Source: Balneolales bacterium
Lineage (GTDB): Bacteria; Bacteroidota; Rhodothermia; Balneolales; DATFMH01
Assembly (NCBI GenBank): GCA_035267045.1
Contig: DATFMH010000238.1
Location: 5,914-69,913 of the forward strand
Direction of reading: 5' to 3'
Length of the DNA stretch: 64,000 bases
Part shown: positions 51,288 through 60,741 of the stretch, piece by piece
How positions within the stretch are numbered: the stretch's first letter is position 1
Layout of the letters: every line of letters begins with the position of its first letter
Notes under the pieces: generated by a model
Seen by the model: only the letters and a program-made list of their open reading frames with translations
The model's database searches: none
What the model was told of the DNA's origin: nothing
Position numbers and translations under genes: made by a program

Positions 51288-52766
51288 ATGAGTTCTATTA
51301 ATCGAAGTGAATTTTTGAAATTACTAGCAGGGGGAGGATTTGGGATGTTCTTCTTTAGCAGTTGCAAGAATATACTACAGGAACAGCCGTATTCCCAGAT
51401 TGCACCGGGAAACCTGCTTACATCACAAGATGGAGTTACGGCCGTGCTAGCTTCTGCTTATGGTAATGCCAATGCTATATCGAAATATTTTGTGAATGAT
51501 TTAAGTGAATGGTGCACCGATTTATCATGGCAAACTAACGGCGGTGAAAACAGGGAAGCTGTTCTTTATATTAATTTTAACTGGGATCCTTCGGCCGGTG
51601 GCTTAAATAATTATTATAATAATTATTATGGCGCTATTCGTGATGCGAATACTATTCTGGATAATAAAGACCAGATGAGCAAGATTGCTAATGCCGATGA
51701 ATTAATTGCAGAAGCACGTTTTGTCAGAGCATTATCCTATCAATATTTGCACTTGATGTTTGGCCCGACGCCATTACGGAAAAGTAACAACGACAAGTTG
51801 GATTTGCCCAAGGCTTCTGAGAGCGACATGCTTAGCTTTATTGAATCGGAATATAAAGCGGTTATATCGACTCTTCCGGATCCAGGTAAAGAAGCGGCTT
51901 ATGGGCGGGCGACCAGTGGTGCAGCCCGCGGTTTGCTATGTAAGTTTTATTTGAATACCAAACAATGGCAAAAGGCAGCAGATATGGCCAAGGAAATTAT
52001 AAATATGGGCTATTATAATCTGTTCCCAAACTTTATGGATATGCTTAAAGTATCGAATGAAGGCAACCGTGAAATGATTTGGGTATTTCCATATTCAGCT
52101 AAAGGTCATGGTGGCCAAGAGGCAAATCTTATTGCTAACGGCACGTTTCCACCTGGATTCCAAAAATGGCCCAGAACGGGATTGGTGATGCAAAGTAATT
52201 GGAATAACTGGGCTTCCCAATATCGTCTTCGTGATGCATTTTATAATTCATTTGATCCAAACGATGATCGAATAAAACCCATCATGACTGAATATATAAA
52301 TGCCAAAGGCAATACGATTAACCTGTTAAATACCAAGGATGATACACGATCATTCCGGTACTGGCCTGATCCGAATGCCCAGGGTAACTTTCATGGAAAT
52401 GATATACCCGCTGTTCGTTATGCCGATATCCTTTTAACCAGGGCTGAAGCTCTCAATGAACTAAATGGTCCCAATCAAGAATCTATTGATCTGATTAACC
52501 AGGTCCGGACAAGGGCAGGTATGAGTAACTTGCAATTGTCCGGATTCTCATCCAAAGATGCTCTTCGGTCTCATATCCTGTTAGAACGGGGATGGGAGTT
52601 TTATGACGAAGGTAAAAGGAGAGAAGATCTTATACGGATGGGAAAATTCATTGAATATGCACATAATCGTGGTGTCAGTCATGCTGATTCCCATCAAGTA
52701 TTATACCCGATACCGCAGCCTGCAATAGACGCAAATCCTAATTTAAAACAAAACCCAGGGTATTAA
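51288..52766 (+). CDS. SusD/RagB-family lipoprotein (PUL-B)
   Basis: 492 aa. Lipobox FFSSC and C-terminal YPIPQPAIDANPNLKQNPGY. The N-terminus is unusual (NRSEFLKLLAGGG). Confidence 0.9.
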   Translation: MSSINRSEFLKLLAGGGFGMFFFSSCKNILQEQPYSQIAPGNLLTSQDGVTAVLASAYGNANAISKYFVNDLSEWCTDLSWQTNGGENREAVLYINFNWDPSAGGLNNYYNNYYGAIRDANTILDNKDQMSKIANADELIAEARFVRALSYQYLHLMFGPTPLRKSNNDKLDLPKASESDMLSFIESEYKAVISTLPDPGKEAAYGRATSGAARGLLCKFYLNTKQWQKAADMAKEIINMGYYNLFPNFMDMLKVSNEGNREMIWVFPYSAKGHGGQEANLIANGTFPPGFQKWPRTGLVMQSNWNNWASQYRLRDAFYNSFDPNDDRIKPIMTEYINAKGNTINLLNTKDDTRSFRYWPDPNAQGNFHGNDIPAVRYADILLTRAEALNELNGPNQESIDLINQVRTRAGMSNLQLSGFSSKDALRSHILLERGWEFYDEGKRREDLIRMGKFIEYAHNRGVSHADSHQVLYPIPQPAIDANPNLKQNPGY

Positions 52767-52809
52767 GAGGCGCTAAACCTCTTGTTAAGACAAAATCATA
52801 ATAACCCTT

Positions 52810-52844
52810 GAGGCGAACTTTGGTATGTAAACAAAGTTCGCCTC
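52810..52844 (+). terminator. strong hairpin between susD-2 and the glycosidase genes
   Basis: 12-bp perfect stem: gaggcgaacttt (52810-52821) pairs with aaagttcgcctc (52833-52844). Followed by tgattt. Confidence 0.5.
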
Positions 52845-52962
52845 TGATTTATGTCGTTTAGCTCAACAGGTCAGGATTCATCGAAGTCTGAAGATTCCTA
52901 TACCTGGAAGGCTGGTATTGAATGAAAAATGGTGGCTAATATATCTAGTAAATGAGAAAAAA

Positions 52963-55242
52963 ATGAGAAAAAGTATCGTAATAGGAAGCGCCTTAATTAT
53001 TGTAATTGCTGGTTTGGGACTGATGGGTTGTTCCAATACGAGTAATAAAAAAAGTGTTGAACCTGTAAATGTATTTATCAAGGTGAATCCGGCGTTGGCT
53101 GGCTCACAGCCATTAAGTGCTAATATGTTTGCAAAGTTTTTTGAGTATAACGGGTGCGATGCTTATCCCGGAATTTATGCAGATCATCTTGCCAATGGCT
53201 CATTTGAAATCTGGAATAAATCAGGTAACAGGACAGCAGTTCTTTACAATAATACAAAAAAATATAAAGGTATAGCCTATCCCTGGGAACCGGTGACTAA
53301 TTCACCACATGTATCATATCAACAGGTTCCAGGCGGAATCAATGGGCGTAAACCGGAACCGGATCTTGATCATGGAAGTGAAATAATACAGGCGGAACGG
53401 CCTAAACCGTCAGGCATTAAACGGCCACGATATGAACGAATATCTGTGAAAAATGGGAGTGGGGGTGTATTACAGAGAACAGCCTTACCCGATCACCGCA
53501 CATCATCATACATTGTAAAGTTTTCAGTACGAGGTAAGATAAATGGTCAGTTTGATGTTGCATTAACAGATCAATATGGAAGTGTTCTTGCCCAAAAAAC
53601 AGTTTCGGTATCCCGTAGCTGGAAAAGACAAAAAATAAAGCTTCATCTGAAAAAATTAAGTACCCACAGGTACCAGGGTTCTCCATTCGGAGAGTATGCT
53701 CTTGTTTTCCGGGTAAAGGGAAAGGGACATGTGGACCTTGACTGGACAATGCTTATGAGTGGTGATGCGGTTGATGGTATGTTTAATCCGACAACGATCA
53801 AGCTTCTGAAAAAATTTGATGTAACAGGTATCCGGTGGCCGGGTGGTAATTTTGCCAGCCAATATCATTGGAAAGATGGAGTAGGGCCATTGAAAAATCG
53901 TCCGATTGTGCCCAATGGCAACTGGGGCGGATTTGAGCGTAACTACCTGGGTACGGATGAATTCCTGGAGTTTTGTAAAATTGCGGGAATTAAACCCATT
54001 ATTACTGTTGCTTCCTGGTCAGGTATTTCCCCCAAAGAAATTGCCGATTGGGTTCAGTATGTCAACGGCGATGCTTCAACCAAATATGGCAGGTTACGGG
54101 CCCGGTATGGACACCCTAAACCATGGAATGTTAAACACTGGCAGATAGGAAACGAAGTATGGGGTAATTATCAAATCGGACATACAGATGCCAAAAAATA
54201 TGCCGGGAGATATAAAAAAATATACGAGGCAATGAAAAAGGCCGATCCTGACATCATAATTGATGCAACAGGTATTGATCCATATTACACGGAATATAAA
54301 GATGGATCTTATAAAAACCGGCAACCGGGTGTACCTCCGGTTTGGAATAAAATCCTTTTTAAAAATGATGCGAGTTTGGTACATGGAGTGGACATCCATC
54401 GATATACGAGGGGACTCACAACCGATAAGGCAAGGTTAAAATGGTTGAAAACGAATCACTCCGATCCAATTGGTTATGATGAAGCTATGGTTGGTTTTCC
54501 TACCGAATATGAGCAATTATTACATGGCTTAAGAAAAGAAGCGGCTCAATACGGGATAAAAGATCTCAGGATAAATGTGGGAGAATGGAACCTGAGCGCA
54601 AGAGTAAACAAAGGTTGGCCAAGAATCGATTATCCTACAATGGCTCATGCTGTGTATATGGCTGGAATATTTAATGATTATATCAGGCTGGGCCATATCG
54701 TCAGTTATATGAGAGATAATACGTTATACTATCGACCATATCCGGTTGATATGCGCCCGTTATACCCCGGACTCTATACTGAAAAGTTTTATGCCGAACC
54801 ATTTATGAATCGCGATATCATTTGGCACAATCTGCCAGTGAAAGTCAACAGCCCAACTTTTACCATTCCGAAAACAGGCCTTCGAATTCATAAGATGAAA
54901 GGAGTGCCTTATGTTGATGTGGCAAGCATTATATCCCCAAAAGGAAGAAATGTAATTGTGTTTGCTGTAAATCGAAATTTGAAAAAAACATACAAGGTTG
55001 CCTTTAATCTTCAGAATAAGAATTCGGATAATATTTTGAAATTAAAAAACGGTAAGGTACAGGTAATTATTCAGACCCCGATTGATAATAATCCGTTTAA
55101 AAGGCAAACAAGCTGGAAGGGCCCGAATAGTTTTGTCTTAAAAAAAGAATCTGTTAACCCGGATCGAAATGGGATCATACATTTAAAGATGCCACCTGCT
55201 TCAATAGTAAGAATGAAATTGCAGATCATCTCGGGAAAGTAA
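52963..55242 (+). CDS. GH51-type alpha-L-arabinofuranosidase with N-terminal extension
   Basis: The ORF is open from 52918, but the ATG at 52963 gives a lipoprotein signal, MRKSIVIGSALIIVIAGLGLMGC. GH51 motifs IRWPGGNFASQYHWKDGVGP, acid/base WQIGNEVWG, nucleophile region NVGEWNL. Confidence 0.82.
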   Translation: MRKSIVIGSALIIVIAGLGLMGCSNTSNKKSVEPVNVFIKVNPALAGSQPLSANMFAKFFEYNGCDAYPGIYADHLANGSFEIWNKSGNRTAVLYNNTKKYKGIAYPWEPVTNSPHVSYQQVPGGINGRKPEPDLDHGSEIIQAERPKPSGIKRPRYERISVKNGSGGVLQRTALPDHRTSSYIVKFSVRGKINGQFDVALTDQYGSVLAQKTVSVSRSWKRQKIKLHLKKLSTHRYQGSPFGEYALVFRVKGKGHVDLDWTMLMSGDAVDGMFNPTTIKLLKKFDVTGIRWPGGNFASQYHWKDGVGPLKNRPIVPNGNWGGFERNYLGTDEFLEFCKIAGIKPIITVASWSGISPKEIADWVQYVNGDASTKYGRLRARYGHPKPWNVKHWQIGNEVWGNYQIGHTDAKKYAGRYKKIYEAMKKADPDIIIDATGIDPYYTEYKDGSYKNRQPGVPPVWNKILFKNDASLVHGVDIHRYTRGLTTDKARLKWLKTNHSDPIGYDEAMVGFPTEYEQLLHGLRKEAAQYGIKDLRINVGEWNLSARVNKGWPRIDYPTMAHAVYMAGIFNDYIRLGHIVSYMRDNTLYYRPYPVDMRPLYPGLYTEKFYAEPFMNRDIIWHNLPVKVNSPTFTIPKTGLRIHKMKGVPYVDVASIISPKGRNVIVFAVNRNLKKTYKVAFNLQNKNSDNILKLKNGKVQVIIQTPIDNNPFKRQTSWKGPNSFVLKKESVNPDRNGIIHLKMPPASIVRMKLQIISGK

Positions 55243-55291
55243 ATCCAAATAACGGTATAAATATATCATTAGGTTAAAGAAGAGATAGTTA

Positions 55292-56572
55292 ATGAGTTCT
55301 ATAAATCGAATCCTTATTGTAAGTGTCATAACTGTATTGGCATTAATCGGTTGTAAGAAATCGGTCAGTAATGTGAATGGGAATACCAATAATAACTGTA
55401 ATTCGGCGAATGTTGATACAACGAATGTGACTGGTATCGTAGATTCATTAACAAACGGACAACAAAGTCTGGGTGTTAACTATAACGGACAGTTCGATCA
55501 TCTCAATATCAATGATTTGCACAGAACCAGGACTAAATGGGTAAGAGGATTTATTGATTTCTTTCAATTATACAGTAATCCGGATACCCTTAAAACAGAC
55601 CCACAAATCATTAATTATCTGAAACTGAATGATAATGGCTTCAATACGATATTAAATATTAAATGGAATTTTCATAATAAAGATTTCCCTTCAAACAGTA
55701 GTGCTACTATGAGAAATTATGAGAGTTTCCTGAAAAAATTGTTGGATAAGGTTTGGTCGAAGACAGATATAATAGTTGTAGGGAATGAGCCTTTCATAGA
55801 AGCAAAAAATTCTGAAAAAGGTACGGCTCTTGTGCAATTTTACGAGGAAATAGCTAAATATATTCGAGCTTATGAGACTGGAGCTCTTGATAATAATGGA
55901 TGTACAAATGGAAATAATTCAACGAGTCATGTATCAGTAAAGCCCGTTTTTATAGGAGCCTTTAATAACCTTTACGAAAATTCATGGCAAACAAGTGCTG
56001 TGGTTCAACTGCTCAATTTTACTAAAAGTGAGAACTGGATTGCAGGGATCGATATGCATATTCATCATAGCAGCTTCAACCAGTTGAGCCAGGCTTTGAA
56101 TTATGTAAACGGCAAGATCAGAAGTGATCAAAAAATAATCATTACTGAATTTTCTATGGTGAAATACTTTCAATCGTACATGAACAATACTATTCCTTCA
56201 TCGTTTGCCGGCAAATACGGCTATGATTCTACAATGGTGAATTATCAGTACATCAACCAGACCTTGCACAATCCGGTAAGCCGGAAGGAATGGGTGGGTT
56301 TTTTGAGTAACAGCAACTGGTTTGAAAGTAAAAAGACGTATGTCAGCGATGCTTTTAACTTATTTACGACTTATCGGAAATTTGCGATAGCTACGTATGG
56401 TTTGCGTCAAAGTTACCCGTATAACAAGGATTTTACTTCGAATACCATGCCCTGGATACTGAACAGTATTTATGCCAACAGAACAGTCAGACCTGATTCA
56501 ACTGGACAAAATCAGTTTAATTATGCATGGATTCAGGATTTCCTTGCCGTTCAAAATGGAACGTATAATTAA
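55292..56572 (+). CDS. lipoprotein, putative clan GH-A (beta/alpha)8 glycosidase of unassigned family
   Basis: 426 aa. Lipobox LALIGC. Strand-like segments in TIM-barrel order, with IIVVGNEPF (Asn-Glu at a beta-4-like position) and KIIITEFS (Glu at a beta-7-like position), plus GIDMHIHH. Confidence 0.5.
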   Translation: MSSINRILIVSVITVLALIGCKKSVSNVNGNTNNNCNSANVDTTNVTGIVDSLTNGQQSLGVNYNGQFDHLNINDLHRTRTKWVRGFIDFFQLYSNPDTLKTDPQIINYLKLNDNGFNTILNIKWNFHNKDFPSNSSATMRNYESFLKKLLDKVWSKTDIIVVGNEPFIEAKNSEKGTALVQFYEEIAKYIRAYETGALDNNGCTNGNNSTSHVSVKPVFIGAFNNLYENSWQTSAVVQLLNFTKSENWIAGIDMHIHHSSFNQLSQALNYVNGKIRSDQKIIITEFSMVKYFQSYMNNTIPSSFAGKYGYDSTMVNYQYINQTLHNPVSRKEWVGFLSNSNWFESKKTYVSDAFNLFTTYRKFAIATYGLRQSYPYNKDFTSNTMPWILNSIYANRTVRPDSTGQNQFNYAWIQDFLAVQNGTYN

Positions 56573-56664
56573 GAGTTTTAATTGAAAATGTAATTACCGT
56601 TCATATCACGGTTGCTACATTTTAAAACAGGGAAATAGTTTAATAATCACAAAATAGTAGGATT

Positions 56665-57780
56665 ATGAATAGAAGAGAATTTTTACAGAAAATGTTAGCC
56701 GGCGGAATAATTGTAACTGGTGGTAATGCTCTGAATAATAATTTTTTTATTAAACGACCCTCCAATTATGGGAATGTTGATGTGCATGCACCGGGTACCC
56801 AGGTTCCGAAGAGCGTAAATCCATTATTTAAACGATGGATGCGTGATGTGCAGGTCGAAAAGGCACCGGATGGTTATTACTATTTAACCGGCACTATTGC
56901 CGATAAAGGGTATAATTATATTCATGCTGCCCGGCAGTTTAATAAAGGGATCATGCTCTGGCGCTCTAAAGATCTTAAAAACTGGGAAAATATGGGATAT
57001 GTGTGGACTTTTGATAAAGATGGAACCTGGCAAAAGGACTTCGGTATAGCCGGAAAAGAGAAGAACAGAACCTTATGGGCGGCCTCTATACATTATATCA
57101 GCAGTCAGAAAAATTATTTTATTGTCGCCTGTGTGCCGCATAATCCTCATGGAAGCGGATCTTTCATATTGCGAAGTAAAACAGGTAAACCGGAAGGACC
57201 ATATGAGAATATCGAAGGGAATAAAAAAGGGCCCCTTTTTAAGAAAATTGATGGAAATTTGTTCGAGGATGATGACGGTAAGGTATATTTCCTAGGACAT
57301 GCTCATTATATAGCACGTATGAAGGATGATATGAGTGGGTTCTCCGAACCTCTTCGAAAATTCAATGAAAAATCATATCAGCCTGAGCCTTATATAGAGG
57401 GGATAAGTGTTTTTAAGGCAAACGGGAAATATCATTTGGTCCAGGCGATATGGAGTGTTCGGTTACCTGATGGGACGTATACATACGCTCCCGGAAATAC
57501 CTACCACTCAGGACGAAAAATTCAGCAGAATAAATATAGCTACGACTGTGTGATAGCAACGGCTGATAATATTTATGGTCCATATTCTTACCGGTACACA
57601 GCCATAACTGATGGGGGACATAACAATTTTATCAAGGATGATGATGGAAACTGGTGGGCTACTATGTTCGGTAATCCCGGCAGTTTGAATCATGATGCCA
57701 GGATAGTATGTAATGCTGCTCTTGTACCCATGCATGTTGTAGATGGTAAGTTTAAAACAGACAACAAGAGAACATTATAA
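56665..57780 (+). CDS. GH43-family glycoside hydrolase (five-bladed propeller) with Tat-type signal
   Basis: 371 aa. Twin-arginine motif MNRREFLQK. GH43-like blocks YYYLTGT, LWAASIHYI, GNLFEDDDGKVYFL, YIEGISVFKANGKYHLV. Confidence 0.8.
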   Translation: MNRREFLQKMLAGGIIVTGGNALNNNFFIKRPSNYGNVDVHAPGTQVPKSVNPLFKRWMRDVQVEKAPDGYYYLTGTIADKGYNYIHAARQFNKGIMLWRSKDLKNWENMGYVWTFDKDGTWQKDFGIAGKEKNRTLWAASIHYISSQKNYFIVACVPHNPHGSGSFILRSKTGKPEGPYENIEGNKKGPLFKKIDGNLFEDDDGKVYFLGHAHYIARMKDDMSGFSEPLRKFNEKSYQPEPYIEGISVFKANGKYHLVQAIWSVRLPDGTYTYAPGNTYHSGRKIQQNKYSYDCVIATADNIYGPYSYRYTAITDGGHNNFIKDDDGNWWATMFGNPGSLNHDARIVCNAALVPMHVVDGKFKTDNKRTL

Positions 57781-57814
57781 TAAGAAGATTTATGAGTTAG
57801 CTAAACATGGTTAT

Positions 57815-57837
57815 CCGGCATCAAAACCTGATGCCGG
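57815..57837 (+). terminator. hairpin after the GH43 gene
   Basis: ccggcatc (57815-57822) pairs with gatgccgg (57830-57837). 8-bp perfect stem. Confidence 0.4.
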
Positions 57838-58162
57838 TACCTGTTTAAATCTCACCGGATCTATTGATTTAAATTCATAATACCCAATTTTATTTTATCA
57901 TTATAACTGCATTTTGATCCGGTTACCTGTAAAGTTCGTGATAGGTGATTACTATACTATATTATCATTTGATTGATCATATTTATCAATTGGCAGTAAT
58001 TTATTGCTCATTAACATATCCGGTTTAATTTATATCGAAGTAGATTAGGCAGGGTGAGATGAATCCTGCTCACAATAATGATTATCTGGGTTGCAACACC
58101 GGTAATATATCAAATCAATTAAGAACAAGATTATTAACAGTCAACAGTTCAATTCCTATAAC

Positions 58163-60160
58163 ATGAATAGTTCGAAAAACAAGTTTTATGTAATCAGGGA
58201 TAAGGCGATGCAAAATGGAAAATCCTTTTTAAAGATTGATGTTGCTATCATTTTTCTTTTATTCTTTTTGGGATTCCCTTCTTATCTGACAAATAATACT
58301 AAAATTGATGCTGATAGAGCGGTTTCCATGAAACCGAAGGGGGCGAAAATTGTAAAAATACAGGCCTTTGATTTGGATGATGTGCGGATTTTAAATGGCC
58401 CCTTCCTGCATGCTATGAAACTGGATGAGAAATATATGTTGGAATTAAATTCCGACCGCTTACTCGCCCCATTTTTTAAATCTGCAGGTTTAAAACCCAA
58501 AGCAAAACCTTATAAAGCCTGGGAAGCACGAAACACTTCCGGACATACCCTCGGAAGCTATTTGTCGGCACTTTCTATGATGTACGCGGCCACAGGTAAT
58601 CAAAAGCTTCTGGACAGGGTAGATTATATTGTTAATGAATTAGGTGTTGTGCAACAGGCCAATGGCGACGGGTACGTAGCCGGTATTCCGGGTGGTGAAA
58701 AGTTATGGAACCAGATAAAAAATGGTGAGCTGCATGTTAAATCGTTTAACATAAACGGCATAGGAGTACCGTGGTATAATCTTCACAAAACATTTATTGG
58801 TTTACGTGATGCCTATTGGTATGCTCATAATAAACAGGCAAAAGAAGTCCTGGTTCAATTGGCTGACTGGGCTGTTAATCTTACTAATCATTTAAGTGAT
58901 GCCCAGTTCGAGAAAATGATACAATGTGAGTACGGTGGCATGAATGAAGCTATGGCCGATATATATGAAATTACAGGTAAAAGAAAGTATTTGAACCTGG
59001 CAAAGAGGTTTAATGATAAGAAGGTATTTCATCCGTTAGTACAGGGAGTGGATTCATTACAGGGATTACACGTAAATACAAATATTCCTAAGATAATAGG
59101 TGCTGCCAAGCAGTATGAACTGGACGGTAATAAACAAATGGAATCCGTGGCCAGTAATTTTTGGCGGGATGTCACCGGCAAACGTATTTACGTTAACGGA
59201 GAAATGGGAGTAAATGAATATTTTGGGAAATTAGGACAGTTACCTAATCGCCTTGCTAAATCATCGGGTGAAACATGTAACGTCTTTAATATGTTAAAAT
59301 TAACCCGTCATCTTATGCAATGGCAGCCCTATGCTTCGTATGCCGATTATTACGAGCGGGCTCTCTATAATGATATTCTGGCATCACAGGATCCTCAAAC
59401 GGGTATGATGACCTATTTTATATCCATGAAGCCAGGATTTTTCAAAACCTTCAGTCAGCCATTCAATTCCTTTTGGTGCTGTGTGTGTACCGGAATGGAG
59501 AATCATGCTAAGTATGGTAAGGTTATCTATATGCATGGTGAAAACAGTTTATTTGTTAATCTGTTTATTCCATCTAAACTGAACTGGAAACAGAAAGGGA
59601 TAACGGTTCAGCAAAACACAAAATTCCCTGAATCACAAAAGAGTACTTTAACACTTTCAGTGTCTCATCCCCAAAAATTGACGTTGCATATACGTCGCCC
59701 CTACTGGGCAGAAGAAGGTTATGATGTGAAAGTAAACGGGAAAAGGGTCAGGCATATCAGTAAACCAAGTAGTTATGTAACTGTGTCACGAACATGGCAT
59801 AATGGTGATAAAGTTGAAATCTCGCTTCCAATGAAACTACATGTTGTGCCAATGAGTGATGATGCCAACAAAATTGCAATCATGGACGGTCCCATAGTAT
59901 TGGCTGGTGATTTGGGTGATTATGTCTCACAGCCATATGCTAATGAACCCAACGACTTTTTCAAGTTACCAGCTATATCGGTACCGGGCCTGGCTATTCA
60001 GAATAAACCGATCGATACATGGTTGAAGCCAATACCTGGAAAGCCATTACATTTTAAAACGGTTGGCGTTGGTAAAACCAATGATGTGAAACTGGTTCCT
60101 TTTTATGAAATAGTGCATCAGCATTATACCATATATTGGAATAAAGCATCTGAAATGTGA
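58163..60160 (+). CDS. GH127/GH146-type (DUF1680) beta-L-arabinofuranosidase-like protein
   Basis: 665 aa. DUF1680 pattern (GHTLGSYLSALSMMYAATG) and a Cys-rich catalytic/zinc motif FWCCVCTGMENH. Alternative start ATG at 58208. Confidence 0.8.
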   Translation: MNSSKNKFYVIRDKAMQNGKSFLKIDVAIIFLLFFLGFPSYLTNNTKIDADRAVSMKPKGAKIVKIQAFDLDDVRILNGPFLHAMKLDEKYMLELNSDRLLAPFFKSAGLKPKAKPYKAWEARNTSGHTLGSYLSALSMMYAATGNQKLLDRVDYIVNELGVVQQANGDGYVAGIPGGEKLWNQIKNGELHVKSFNINGIGVPWYNLHKTFIGLRDAYWYAHNKQAKEVLVQLADWAVNLTNHLSDAQFEKMIQCEYGGMNEAMADIYEITGKRKYLNLAKRFNDKKVFHPLVQGVDSLQGLHVNTNIPKIIGAAKQYELDGNKQMESVASNFWRDVTGKRIYVNGEMGVNEYFGKLGQLPNRLAKSSGETCNVFNMLKLTRHLMQWQPYASYADYYERALYNDILASQDPQTGMMTYFISMKPGFFKTFSQPFNSFWCCVCTGMENHAKYGKVIYMHGENSLFVNLFIPSKLNWKQKGITVQQNTKFPESQKSTLTLSVSHPQKLTLHIRRPYWAEEGYDVKVNGKRVRHISKPSSYVTVSRTWHNGDKVEISLPMKLHVVPMSDDANKIAIMDGPIVLAGDLGDYVSQPYANEPNDFFKLPAISVPGLAIQNKPIDTWLKPIPGKPLHFKTVGVGKTNDVKLVPFYEIVHQHYTIYWNKASEM

Positions 60161-60571
60161 TGTCTTCAAAATGCTTTTGTAAGATTACATTAATATTTAA
60201 GAATTGAATAAAACCGTTAGGTATATCTGGATTTATATATGCCCTTCAATGTGTATCGTAACACTGTTGCCGGGGATACAACAGCTGTACAAATAAATAA
60301 TCGGTTATAAAGGCTTTTTAAGTTTGTGGCGATTTATTATAAGTGATGATTCCGGACAGGGGATGACAGCAATAGTATATAAGATCCTTTATTACCAATA
60401 ATATATACGAGAAAAGGTAAAGCCTGCAACTATATAATGATCAAATGAAACCATATTTGTGTATATCGTGCCCAACGATAAGATTTTATATAAAAAGGTT
60501 TATGTATAAATAAAACCATTATACGATTTTATCAAACTATGATGATAATCTATCAATGTAGAGTTATCTGA

Positions 60572-60600
60572 TTGATTTGTATGATGTGCTGGTTTAAAAT
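60572..60600 (+). promoter_or_regulatory. candidate sigma70-type promoter for SusC-3
   Basis: TTGATT (60572-60577), 17 nt, TAAAAT (60595-60600). Confidence 0.4.
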
Positions 60601-60641
60601 GAAGTCAGGTTCTAAAAGGCTAAATGAATTAATTTCGATAA

Positions 60642-60655
60642 TGTTATCGATATCA
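60642..60655. promoter_or_regulatory. LacI-family-type operator candidate (PUL-C)
   Basis: TGTTATCGATATCA fits TGnnAnCGnTnnCA. It lies 87 nt upstream of the SusC-3 start. Confidence 0.45.
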
Positions 60656-60741
60656 TAGCATGCCATGAGGCTAAAATATCGGACTATATATCAACTAATG
60701 TTAAGACATGTTTGTGGTAGATTAATAAAAAAATCGAAGGA

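Noticed and set aside
60250-60265. TGTATCGTAACA as an additional operator upstream of PUL-C
   Set aside because: The half-sites are 5+2+5 rather than 6+2+6, so it does not align with the TGTTAnCGTTAACA family. It is also part of an imperfect local hairpin.
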